In this document: positions 1-7,608 of the stretch, piece after piece
Layout: each line of letters begins with the position of its first letter
Position numbering within the stretch: position 1 is the stretch's first letter
From: an uncultured Acidobacteriota bacterium
GTDB taxonomy: Bacteria; Acidobacteriota; Terriglobia; Terriglobales; Acidobacteriaceae
Direction: 5' to 3'
NCBI GenBank assembly: GCA_963718505.1
Contig: CAVQZP010000007.1
Span: forward strand, 113,507 to 145,506
Length of the DNA stretch: 32,000 nt
Program-made: the position numbers and the translations under genes
Notes under the pieces: model-generated
What the model was told of the DNA's origin: nothing
The model's input: the letters and a program-made list of their open reading frames with translations, nothing else
Database searches by the model: none

Positions 1-898
1 TCTCGGCCCGGCCCCTGCCACTTGCAGGGACACCGGATTGGCGTCCCGCACTCTTGCCGGGAACGCCGCTCAGCCACGAGGAAACCACACGGCCAAGCTC
101 CATCATTCTATCGGAGGGGTGCGAGCCCGTCAATTTTGCATCTCGACGATCCACGTGGGCACGGACGCCCTCGTCCGTGCAAGCCGAGCTTTGCTCGGCA
201 CTGGAGCGGCGGGCGCCCTCGCCCGCCTTAGCCGATCCGGCCTTGGCTCGATTCGTGTTTTCGATCCCGGCACGGTCCACGTGGGGACAGCCGCCCTCGG
301 CTGTCCAGGCCGAGCTTTGCTCGGCAGGGTTTTCTACCAGTGCATCCCAATCCGCAAACGCCTTCGGAGTCGAGACGCCAATCTCTGGAGTCGCCACCAC
401 GCACCGAGTCGCCGGCAAATCCGGCAGCGGATACACTTCCTCCCCCCGCCCCACCCCCAACACCGTCCCACCGACAAGAAATAGAGGCAAATCCGACCCG
501 ACCTCGGCCGCGATCCGCAACCGCTCCGCGCCCGGAAGCTGCTCTTTCAGTGCTCGTTCCAGCGCGATCAGGGCTGCCACGGCATTTCCGGACGCACCGC
601 CCAGCCCGCCCTGCACCGGCAGCCGCTTCTCGATCTCGAGGATAACGCGCCCCTTCGCCTTGAGCGCTGCCATCGCCCGTTGAATGATCTTGAAGCACGT
701 ATTCGTCTCGTCCGTGGGCACCCTCGGATCCGCGCACCGAATCTCGATCCCCGAGCCGCGCTCGACTTTCAGCCGAAGAATGTCGTGCAGCGCAATCGTC
801 TGATACACCGTGCGCAGCTCGTGAAACCCGTCGGCGCGCTTCGGCCCGATGGCGAGCCCGAGATTGATCTTCGCGAAAGAACGAACGGTGACAGGCAT
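1..898 (-). CDS. ispE: 4-diphosphocytidyl-2-C-methyl-D-erythritol kinase (IspE); 3' end runs off the left edge of the window
   Basis: Absent from the ORF track because no stop is reached. My own reverse translation from ATG at 898 gives MPVTVRSFAKINLGLAIGPKRADGFHELRTVYQTIALHD...IEKRLPVQGGLGGASGNAVAALIAL...GSDLPLFLVGGTVLG. This shows the IspE/GHMP-kinase N-terminal KINL..R.DG(F/Y)H motif and the glycine-rich phosphate loop. I scanned the + strand for in-frame TTA/CTA/TCA down to base 1 and found none. Confidence 0.85.
   Translation of the reverse strand, partial: MPVTVRSFAKINLGLAIGPKRADGFHELRTVYQTIALHDILRLKVERGSGIEIRCADPRVPTDETNTCFKIIQRAMAALKAKGRVILEIEKRLPVQGGLGGASGNAVAALIALERALKEQLPGAERLRIAAEVGSDLPLFLVGGTVLGVGRGEEVYPLPDLPATRCVVATPEIGVSTPKAFADWDALVENPAEQSSAWTAEGGCPHVDRAGIENTNRAKAGSAKAGEGARRSSAEQSSACTDEGVRAHVDRRDAKLTGSHPSDRMMELGRVVSSWLSGVPGKSAGRQSGVPASGRGRAE
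151..326. repeat. Two copies (151-200 and 277-326) of the R2 palindromic repeat CCACGTGGGSACRGMCGCCCTCGKCYGTSC..GCCGAGCTTTGCTCGGCA, plus the GC hairpin GGCGGGCG-CCCT-CGCCCGCC (208-227), all inside the ispE reading frame
   Basis: Direct comparison of the two stretches. Copy starts are 126 nt (42 codons) apart. The same unit recurs at 17004-17052, 26421-26466 and 29347-29386. The GC hairpin recurs at 27398-27415. Confidence 0.8.
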
Positions 899-985
899 GG
901 ACGGCAGCATTTAATCACACCCGGCAATTTCGCCGCGTGTCCTATACTGCAGCGGGCTAGCCGCATAACTTAGCAGAGAGGAGAC

Positions 986-1369
986 ATGGACGCTGACGAC
1001 ATCATCACTGGTCTGGTATTGGGGGCTGCGGTAATCCTGGCCGTTCGAGGCCTGGCATGGAACAAATTAAAGGCACTCGGCGCTCGTAGCTGGCCGCTAA
1101 CCCAGGGAACGATCGAATTCGGCACGGTCATCGAACATCGCACCCGCTACTTCAGCTACTACTCGGCGAAATTGTCTTATTCTTACAGCGTGAACGGCGA
1201 ATATTATTCCGGCTTCTACGAGAAATTCTTTTTTCGAGAGAGTTCGGCCCAGAAATTCGTCGACGAACTCAAAGGCAAGCCGGCGTTCGTCCGCCACAAG
1301 ACTTCGCCCCCTGAAACATCAACGATTCTCAGACAAGACCAGCAAAGCGTGTGGCCCCTGCAAATCTGA
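986..1369 (+). CDS. Small membrane-anchored protein, DUF3592-like
   Basis: ORF with the strong SD GAGAGGAG upstream of ATG 986. It has one N-terminal TM helix (IITGLVLGAAVILAV) followed by W.LT.G.I....V.........Y....L.YSYSV.GEYYSG, the pattern I associate with DUF3592. Confidence 0.6.
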   Translation: MDADDIITGLVLGAAVILAVRGLAWNKLKALGARSWPLTQGTIEFGTVIEHRTRYFSYYSAKLSYSYSVNGEYYSGFYEKFFFRESSAQKFVDELKGKPAFVRHKTSPPETSTILRQDQQSVWPLQI

Positions 1370-1459
1370 TGAACGCATCAGATGTGACGAAGACCCAAAG
1401 CAGTTGTCTAACCTTTCATCTGTCTTGAGGTTCGGGGCGACACAAACTCCAATCCAACA

Positions 1460-2239
1460 ATGTCGCGAAAAGCCGCCATCTTCTCCATCGTTGCGCTGAC
1501 CGCGATCGTCATCGCGGCCGCCCTTCTCTCGCCGCGCACGCCGCAGCCGCTCAGCTACCACAACTTCGCCGATCATCGCGCGTGGCTCGGCATCGCCAAC
1601 TTCGGCGACGTCGCCTCCAACCTTGCTTTCGCAATCTTCGGTATCTGGGGTTTGTGGTTCCTGCTTCGTCTGGCGCCGCCGGGAATTGCGACCCGCTTCA
1701 CCGATCCACGCGAGCGCTGGTTCTACATCGCGGTCTTCTTCGGAATGCTTCTCACCGCACTCGGGTCGTCTTACTACCACGTCGCGCCCGATAACGATCG
1801 CCTCGTCTGGGATCGCCTGCCCATGACCATCGTCTTCATGTCCCTCGTTGCGGCCATGATTGCGGAACGGATCAGCGTCCGCGCTGCCCTGTGGCTCTGG
1901 CCGATTCTGCTGGCCATCGGGATCCTCAGCGTGCTTCAGTGGCACTGGAGCGAGCAGGCCGGACACGGCGACCTGCGCTTCTATGCCGCAGTGCAAGTCT
2001 ATGCGGTCCTGGTGTTGTTGCTGGTACTGTTCCTGCCCGCGCGTTACTCGCACAGTTCCTACCTTGCCGCCGTTGTCGCCTTCTACGTGCTAGCGAAATT
2101 GCTCGAGACCTTCGACAGGCAAGTCTTCGCGCTCGGCCACATTGTTAGCGGACACACACTGAAGCACATCGTGGCTGGTTTGGCAGGTTATTGGATTCTG
2201 AGAATGCTGGAGAGAAGACGTCTAAGACCCAACACCTAA
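1460..2239 (+). CDS. Polytopic membrane protein, alkaline (phyto)ceramidase-like 7-TM hydrolase family
   Basis: 259 aa with 7-8 hydrophobic helices. The motifs GSSYYH...WDRLPM and SGHTLKH (H-x3-H) resemble the Zn-site residues of the alkaline ceramidase family. Third-position GC is high. Confidence 0.55.
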   Translation: MSRKAAIFSIVALTAIVIAAALLSPRTPQPLSYHNFADHRAWLGIANFGDVASNLAFAIFGIWGLWFLLRLAPPGIATRFTDPRERWFYIAVFFGMLLTALGSSYYHVAPDNDRLVWDRLPMTIVFMSLVAAMIAERISVRAALWLWPILLAIGILSVLQWHWSEQAGHGDLRFYAAVQVYAVLVLLLVLFLPARYSHSSYLAAVVAFYVLAKLLETFDRQVFALGHIVSGHTLKHIVAGLAGYWILRMLERRRLRPNT

Positions 2240-2250
2240 AACCTAAGACC
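2221..2250. repeat. 7-bp periodic tract (TCTAAGA CCCAACA CCTAAAA CCTAAGA) spanning the stop codon of the ceramidase-like gene
   Basis: Read directly from the sequence. Four consecutive heptads share the pattern YCTAAGA/CCNAANA. Confidence 0.55.
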
Positions 2251-2257
2251 GGTTTTT

Positions 2258-2995
2258 CTAATTCCGCCGTTTGTAATAAATCGCAAACTCGAACCCCGGA
2301 TTCGGAGGGAACAACTCGGTAATCTTTCGCAACCGCTCGGCCAATGCCGTCGGCGCCAACAATGGATAGTCGCGCTCCCGCAGATCGTAATAATCCACAT
2401 CCAGGTAGAGCGACAGAAGATAGATCGAGATCGCGTCCGAAAACGCCGCGGCAAAATACTCGTTCTTGTACTTCTCCACGTCCGGACCGCTGCCGGTCGC
2501 ACCCTTGCGCGCATCCCAGGCATCAAGCGACGTCTCGCCGCGCGCGCCCGCTTCCACCTGCTTCCAGCACAGGTCAGCGAATGCCTGCGACACCCCGATC
2601 TTCTCCACGATCGCGTGTCCCACGTTGATGTAGAACTCAAACGCGACCGAAAACTTGTCATCCATCAGCCGCGTTGAAATAAACACGCATTGCGCGTCGC
2701 CCAAATTCAAATTGCGATGGCACACCGCGTTGTCGCTTAGCACAACGTCGTAGCGGTCGGCGATTACCGTGTCGTCGCCCTGGCTGACGGTGAGCGGAAC
2801 GAAATAGTAGGCCTTTCGTTCCAGCGCCGCAGCCGCCGCGCCCGGTACGGCCGCGATCATCCGCTCCAGGTCGGCCTCGGTGATCGTGACTTCGCCCGAC
2901 GTGGCGTAGCAGATCCCATTCGCGGCCTGCGAGACCGGGTTTTGCCGGACCACCTCGGCGGGTGTTCGCGTCATGGCGGGGGCAGCTTGCGACAT
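2258..2995 (-). CDS. Hypothetical protein (about 245 aa), no family recognised; start uncertain (2974, 2995, 3004 or 3046)
   Basis: Long ORF with high third-position GC. I prefer ATG 2995 because TACAAT (3003-3008, minus strand) lies 7 nt upstream and there is no SD. That is the same arrangement seen at folP, mop and ispD. Confidence 0.5.
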   Translation of the reverse strand: MSQAAPAMTRTPAEVVRQNPVSQAANGICYATSGEVTITEADLERMIAAVPGAAAAALERKAYYFVPLTVSQGDDTVIADRYDVVLSDNAVCHRNLNLGDAQCVFISTRLMDDKFSVAFEFYINVGHAIVEKIGVSQAFADLCWKQVEAGARGETSLDAWDARKGATGSGPDVEKYKNEYFAAAFSDAISIYLLSLYLDVDYYDLRERDYPLLAPTALAERLRKITELFPPNPGFEFAIYYKRRN

Positions 2996-3066
2996 AAACG
3001 CCATTGTAGCGCACCACCCCGAGGCACCCCTGCACTGGTCCACCACGAGGGTGTACCCTAAACGTT

Positions 3067-3363
3067 ATGCCGTCCATTGCCCGGAAACCGCGCTGGTACA
3101 TGATCCCGGCACGCATCCTGTTCGTGACCTTTCTGCTTACGCTGCTATCGTTTGCCGTGATTCTGCTGCTCTCGATCCTGGGCGTGGTCACCGTCGCCAG
3201 AATCCAAGGCGTGCATCCCGACATGCGCATCGCCTACCGTGCCATCGCTTTGCCCGCCGCCGCTGTCACCGGCTCGATCGTCTTTGTGCTTTCCTCGGCG
3301 ATGGAGATCCGCCACTACCGCCAGTCGAAAACTCTCGACGGCATAGCGCGCGCTTCAAGGTAG
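3067..3363 (+). CDS. Small hypothetical membrane protein (98 aa, 2 predicted TM helices)
   Basis: ORF from the track. Two hydrophobic stretches: ILFVTFLLTLLSFAVILLLSILGVV and IALPAAAVTGSIVFVLSSA. No recognisable family. Confidence 0.4.
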   Translation: MPSIARKPRWYMIPARILFVTFLLTLLSFAVILLLSILGVVTVARIQGVHPDMRIAYRAIALPAAAVTGSIVFVLSSAMEIRHYRQSKTLDGIARASR

Positions 3364-3391
3364 TGGGCTTACTGACGATCGGCCGTGTTAC

Positions 3392-3408
3392 GTTCGCGTT
3401 TCGCGAAC
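3392..3408. other. Perfect hairpin GTTCGCG-TTT-CGCGAAC between the small membrane gene and the amidotransferase gene
   Basis: 7-bp perfect inverted repeat read directly from the sequence. No T-run follows, so it is not a classical terminator. Confidence 0.3.
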
Positions 3409-3449
3409 CCGACGCCCAGAACCCGCGCGTTTAGAATGAATGCATAACA

Positions 3450-4172
3450 ATGCGACCCCGCATTGCCATTCCGGTCCCGCACTCGGGTGACGCCGCCTAT
3501 GCCGGACGCGCGCTTCCGCAGTACGAACGCGCCGTGGAACTGGCGGGTGGCGATCCCGTGCGCATTCCGCTGGACGTGAGCACATCTGAGATCCAGAAGC
3601 TGATCGAGCCTTGTGACGCCATCCTGCTGCCCGGCAGCCGCGCCGACGTGGATCCCGTCAAATACAACGAGCCGCGCGCTGCGAAGACCGCCGCCGCTGA
3701 TCGCAAGCGCGACGACGTGGACGAAATTCTCCTCACAGACGCCTATCGCGCACGCAAGCCGCTGCTCGGCATTTGCTACGGCCTCCAGATTCTGAACGTG
3801 CACCGCGCTGGATCGCTGGTCCAGCACATCGAGTCGCCCGTGAATCACGAGGCCGGACGCGCCATCCCCGTTGCACACACGATCGACGTGGACGCCGATT
3901 CAAAACTTGCCGGGATCGTGAAGGAGTCGGGCGCAGCTCGGATGGGCGTCCCAGTGAATTCCTCACATCATCAGTCAGTGGATCGCGTAGGCGATGGGTT
4001 ACGAATCGTCGCCCGCTGTCCCGATGACGGCATCGTGGAAGCCGTCGAAGGAACTTCGCCGGATCATTTCGTGCTCGCGGTACAGTGGCACCCGGAACGT
4101 TCCGTAGATGACGATGCAGTCTCGCGTGCGATCTTCAGCGCACTTGTAAAAGCCGCAAAGCACGGTGAGTGA
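3450..4172 (+). CDS. Class I glutamine amidotransferase, peptidase C26 / gamma-glutamyl-GABA hydrolase (PuuD-like) family
   Basis: Shows the nucleophile elbow LLGICYGLQILNV, SSHHQSVD and the His-Glu motif VQWHPE typical of C26 amidotransferases. TAGAAT (3432-3437) lies 12 nt upstream of the ATG. Confidence 0.85.
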   Translation: MRPRIAIPVPHSGDAAYAGRALPQYERAVELAGGDPVRIPLDVSTSEIQKLIEPCDAILLPGSRADVDPVKYNEPRAAKTAAADRKRDDVDEILLTDAYRARKPLLGICYGLQILNVHRAGSLVQHIESPVNHEAGRAIPVAHTIDVDADSKLAGIVKESGAARMGVPVNSSHHQSVDRVGDGLRIVARCPDDGIVEAVEGTSPDHFVLAVQWHPERSVDDDAVSRAIFSALVKAAKHGE

Positions 4173-4210
4173 TCGATCAAGTAGGGTCTTCAAAAAAGAT
4201 CCGGCGACCG

Positions 4211-4298
4211 CTTTTCTTTGCGATCTTTGCGGCTTTCTTTGCGCCCTTTGCGGTTAAAAGCTTTTCTTTACCGTCTCTGCGAATAAAAGCTCTTTCTC
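4211..4298. repeat. R4 repeat: phased CTTTGCG motifs ending in TTTGCGGTTAAAAGCTTTTC / CTCTGCGAATAAAAGCTCTTTC
   Basis: CTTTGCG starts at 4216, 4225, 4237 and 4246 (spacing 9/12/9). A related copy lies at 4399-4456. Confidence 0.7.
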
Positions 4299-4398
4299 AT
4301 CGACGTTCACTGAGCCCTCTGCTTTCTCCGCAGTTCAGAGCCCCCGTCTCCCGATCCTCCAACCTCCCTGTGTTTCTTCCGTGCCCCCGGTGGTGAAC

Positions 4399-4456
4399 GC
4401 TTTTCTTCGCGTCCTTCTCTGCCTTTCTTTGCGATCTTTGCGGTTTAAGAATTTTG
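4399..4456. repeat. R4 repeat, second copy (..CTTTCTTTGCGATCTTTGCGGTTTAAGAATTTTG)
   Basis: Shares TTTCTTTGCGATCTTTGCGG with 4213-4232 and the TGCGGTT(A/T)AA tail with 4248-4258. Confidence 0.7.
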
Positions 4457-4479
4457 GCGGAGACGCAAAACAACCTTCG

Positions 4480-5016
4480 TTACTTCTTCCCCGGCTTCCC
4501 GCCACTCTTAGGCGGCCCTGGCGTAGTCGTTTTCTTCGCCGGAACTCTCTCCAGCAGCACCACTACGTTCGCAATCGCCGCGTTGTCCGTGCCCATGCCC
4601 TCCGGCGTCTTCGCTTTCAATCCCACGCAGTCTTTTGGAATTCCCAGCAACTCCGCCACGTGCGTCCGGATCGTCCCTGCGTGCGGCCCGATCTTCGGAG
4701 CAAGCAGAATCAACGACGAATCCATGTTGCTGATCGCGTATCCCGCCTCGCGCACGCGCCTCTGCGCTTCCCGCAGAAACACCACCGAGTCCGCGCCCTT
4801 CCACTGCGGATCCGAGGGAGGAAACAGCGACCCGATATCCGGAGCCCCGATCGCTCCCAGCAGCGCATCGGTGATCGCGTGCAGCAGCACGTCGCCATCG
4901 GAGTGCCCGCCCAGGCCCTTGCTGTGCGCCAGTGCCACACCGCCGATCTTGAGCGGAACGCCGCTCTGAAATTCATGCGAATCCCACCCAAACCCGATGC
5001 GTGTCGCCGGCTGCAA
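4480..5016 (-). CDS. ispF: 2-C-methyl-D-erythritol 2,4-cyclodiphosphate synthase (IspF)
   Basis: RIGFGWDSHEF...GHSDGDVLLHAITDALLGA...DIGSLFP matches the IspF metal and substrate motifs. TTG start at 5016 with SD AGAGGGAG upstream. The lysine/proline-rich C-terminal tail is unusual. Confidence 0.9.
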   Translation of the reverse strand: MQPATRIGFGWDSHEFQSGVPLKIGGVALAHSKGLGGHSDGDVLLHAITDALLGAIGAPDIGSLFPPSDPQWKGADSVVFLREAQRRVREAGYAISNMDSSLILLAPKIGPHAGTIRTHVAELLGIPKDCVGLKAKTPEGMGTDNAAIANVVVLLERVPAKKTTTPGPPKSGGKPGKK

Positions 5017-5064
5017 ATCAATCTCCCTCTGTTCGTGCTCGCGGGTTTGTCTTCGCTTTGGATT

Positions 5065-5089
5065 GTCATCCTGAGCGCAGCGAAGGACC
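5065..5089. repeat. R1 repeat (short form) GTCATCCTGAGCGCAGCGAAGGACC in the ispD-ispF spacer
   Basis: Same core as 16838-16885, 24525-24595, 29454-29485 and 29497-29570. Confidence 0.75.
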
Positions 5090-5123
5090 TGCTTCTCGAA
5101 TGAACCGCTTCTTCAAGCGAGAC

Positions 5124-5852
5124 TTACTTCCGCAAATAAAACTCCGCCAGTTCCATGTCCGACGGCGTCGTGATCTTCAGATTGCGCGGCGAGCCCATCA
5201 CCACCGCCACCGCGCCGCCCGCGCGCTCCACCAGCGACGCCTCGTCCGTCCCCACGAAACCGTCGGCGGCCGCTTCATCGAAGGCTTTCTTGATGATCTC
5301 GTAGCGGAAACCTTGCGGTGTCTGCGCCATCACCACGCGCTCGCGGGGAATGGTCGCGGTGATCAGCGCTCCATCGGCGGTTCGCTCCACCTGCTTCACG
5401 GTATCGACCGCGGGCATTCCCGCGATCGCCGCGCCATATTTTTTCGCACCCTCGATGACCCCGTCGATGATCTCGGCCGTCACAAACGGCCGCACCGCGT
5501 CGTGCACGAGGATTACGTCACCCGGCGATGCGGACACAGCTTTCAGCGCATTGGTCACGGAATGCTGCCGGTGCTCGCCCCCTTCGACCAGTTCAATTGG
5601 CTTCGCGAGGACGTCTTTCGCCTCCGCCTGCAACCGCTCACGGAATCCGGCGATTTCATCCTTGCGCAGCGCGACGAAGATCTCCGCAACTCGCGGATGT
5701 GACGCAAACTTGCGCAGCGTATGAATCAGGATGGGCGTGCCGCCCAGTTCGGTGAATTGCTTCGAGGACGCCAGTTTCTTCGTCTTGGCGCTAGGCGCCG
5801 ACGTCATGCGCGTGCCAAGGCCCGCCGCCGGAATGATGACCACCACCTTCAT
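5124..5852 (-). CDS. ispD: 2-C-methyl-D-erythritol 4-phosphate cytidylyltransferase (IspD)
   Basis: The N-terminal VVIIPAAGLGTRM nucleotide-binding loop, VLVHDAVRPF and MAQTPQGF motifs are characteristic of IspD. Confidence 0.9.
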   Translation of the reverse strand: MKVVVIIPAAGLGTRMTSAPSAKTKKLASSKQFTELGGTPILIHTLRKFASHPRVAEIFVALRKDEIAGFRERLQAEAKDVLAKPIELVEGGEHRQHSVTNALKAVSASPGDVILVHDAVRPFVTAEIIDGVIEGAKKYGAAIAGMPAVDTVKQVERTADGALITATIPRERVVMAQTPQGFRYEIIKKAFDEAAADGFVGTDEASLVERAGGAVAVVMGSPRNLKITTPSDMELAEFYLRK

Positions 5853-5861
5853 GCGGGCGCA

Positions 5862-5867
5862 AGTATA
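5862..5867 (-). promoter_or_regulatory. Candidate -10 hexamer TATACT, 9 nt upstream of the ispD ATG with no SD (possible leaderless or very short leader)
   Basis: Reverse complement of 5853-5867 reads TATACTTGCGCCCGC followed by ATG. Confidence 0.3.
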
Positions 5868-6022
5868 CGGTCAGCTTCGCGAGGAGTTCAAATCAGGGCA
5901 GGGTGGATGGGGGGTATTAGAGGTCAATGAGCGTGATTGGGATGTAACGCCGATTGACGCTCATCGGAGTGGTAAACTGCCGGCGCCAAACTGCAATTTT
6001 CGCCGGGAAGGGGATAGCAGCG

Positions 6023-6379
6023 ATGTCATACGGTGTTCGTATCAAACGTTCCGAGGCACAATATCTTTACGGCATCACGCTAGAAGAATGGCTCGCATAC
6101 GTTCGATCAGACCAAGAGATGCACCATCTAGGGGAAGCAGTCATTAAGACATCGAAAGGCGATACCGTGTCGTACGTTGCCCCGGGAATGACTGAGTGGA
6201 TCGACCCTCAGACCGGGCACAGGACTCTATTTGACCACCGCAAGATCGATGGAACAGTGTCTGTCGGAAACCCTTCTCGCGAAGCTCTCGTCAAAATGTT
6301 CAAGGTTGCAGAGGCGCTGCGAGGAGTTGTTCAGGGGGATGAGGGTGAATGCTATGACGCTTCAGGCAACCCGAATTGA
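6023..6379 (+). CDS. Hypothetical protein (118 aa), low-GC orphan
   Basis: ATG 6023 preceded by AAGGGGA. The sample line 6061-6120 counts 27/60 GC, against about 40/60 in neighbouring genes. No family recognised. Confidence 0.5.
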   Translation: MSYGVRIKRSEAQYLYGITLEEWLAYVRSDQEMHHLGEAVIKTSKGDTVSYVAPGMTEWIDPQTGHRTLFDHRKIDGTVSVGNPSREALVKMFKVAEALRGVVQGDEGECYDASGNPN

Positions 6380-6411
6380 ACAAGAACACCAATTACCGCC
6401 CCCCTCTTCGC

Positions 6412-7485
6412 TCAGAACACCCGCACCTTGAACGTCAAATACTTCTTCGGATTCTCGCGCACCGACTTCACCAGCTCGCGCGTCTCGATCAGCATCTTGT
6501 CGGAGTTGTTGTAGAGCGAAGGATCTTTGAACAGCTTGCCCGCCGTCCCCTCGCCGGCCTCCAGTTCGGTGGTCAGCGCTGAGAGCTTCGTGATGGTGTT
6601 ATCCAGTTTCTGCGCGAGCGCTTCGTCTTTGGTCAGCTTGCCGATCGCGCCCTTGCCGGCATTGATATCGTCGGTCAGCTTCTTGACGTTGGCGATCGTC
6701 TGGTTGGCGTTGTCGTACAGCGCAGGATCTTTCAGGAATTTTCCGGCCGTCCCTTTGCCCTGTTGCAACTCATCAATCATGACGTTCAGCTTGTCGACGG
6801 CGGCGATCACTTTGTTGTAGGCCTCGTCGGTTATCAGCAACTTGCCCAGACTACCCTGGCCGTTCCGCACCTGGTCTACGATGCCCTTGAACTCAGTTAC
6901 TGTCTGCGCAAACTGGTTATACAGCGACGGATCGTAGATCAGCTTTCCGATCGATCCCTGGCCGCTCTCGATGAACGCCAGGATCCGGTCCGTGCGCTTG
7001 AGCAGCGCGTCCAGATTCTGCAGCGTTCCTTGGCTGGCACGGACCACGTCCTGCAGTTCGGGGGTTTCGCGCGTGGCCAGCGTATCCCCATCGCGCGCCT
7101 CCGGCCCCTTCGCGTGGGCGCTGTCGATGTTGATGTAGGTTTCGCCGAGCACTCCTGCCGTGGACATCGTCGTCACCGAATCCTTACGGATATTGAAGCT
7201 GTATTTGGTGGTCACCTTCATCACCACCTCGACAGGCGTCGCCGTGTTGTTGGGCACGACGCGGATTGCCGTGACGTTGCCGACATCCACGCCCTGCAAC
7301 CGCACGGGCGCGCCGTTGCGGATGCCCTGCGCATCGTCGAAATAGGATTTCAGCGTGATTTTCGGAGTAAAGAGACCCGTCGTTCCGCTCATCAGGAAGG
7401 TGAGCACCGCCAGGGTGACGCTGGCGAACAAGACCGTGAGGCCCACGCGCAGCTGGGACCATTTCAGTTGCTTCTGGCTAGGCAC
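6412..7485 (-). CDS. MCE/MlaD-family protein with five C-terminal 34-aa tandem repeats
   Basis: GTG start. N-terminal TM anchor LRVGLTVLFASVTLAVLTFL, then the MCE core YFDDAQGIRNGAPVRLQGVDVGNVTAI. Five repeats of G(Q/K/E)G(S/T/A)(I/L/A)GK(L/F)..D..(L/Y).. are encoded at about 6451-6963. Confidence 0.85.
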   Translation of the reverse strand: MPSQKQLKWSQLRVGLTVLFASVTLAVLTFLMSGTTGLFTPKITLKSYFDDAQGIRNGAPVRLQGVDVGNVTAIRVVPNNTATPVEVVMKVTTKYSFNIRKDSVTTMSTAGVLGETYINIDSAHAKGPEARDGDTLATRETPELQDVVRASQGTLQNLDALLKRTDRILAFIESGQGSIGKLIYDPSLYNQFAQTVTEFKGIVDQVRNGQGSLGKLLITDEAYNKVIAAVDKLNVMIDELQQGKGTAGKFLKDPALYDNANQTIANVKKLTDDINAGKGAIGKLTKDEALAQKLDNTITKLSALTTELEAGEGTAGKLFKDPSLYNNSDKMLIETRELVKSVRENPKKYLTFKVRVF

Positions 7486-7608
7486 TTCGCCCTCGCCCGG
7501 ACGGAATCGGCGCCCGGTCCCAGCGTTCGTACGACGCCATCGTCACCTCTCCGCGGAAAGTTTGCGGATTTGGGTGATGATAGCAGACCGCCCAACCGCC
7601 TCTCCACG

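Noticed and set aside
22-737. Plus-strand ORFs 22-231, 38-484, 54-683 and 340-645, and minus-strand ORF 228-737
   Set aside because: All overlap the ispE frame, which carries unmistakable kinase motifs. These alternatives are Arg/Pro/Ser-rich with no motifs.
4169-5103. ORFs 4169-4396, 4381-5103 and 4454-4969 (+)
   Set aside because: The first two begin inside the R4 repeat arrays, and the latter two are antisense to ispF. The peptides are low complexity.
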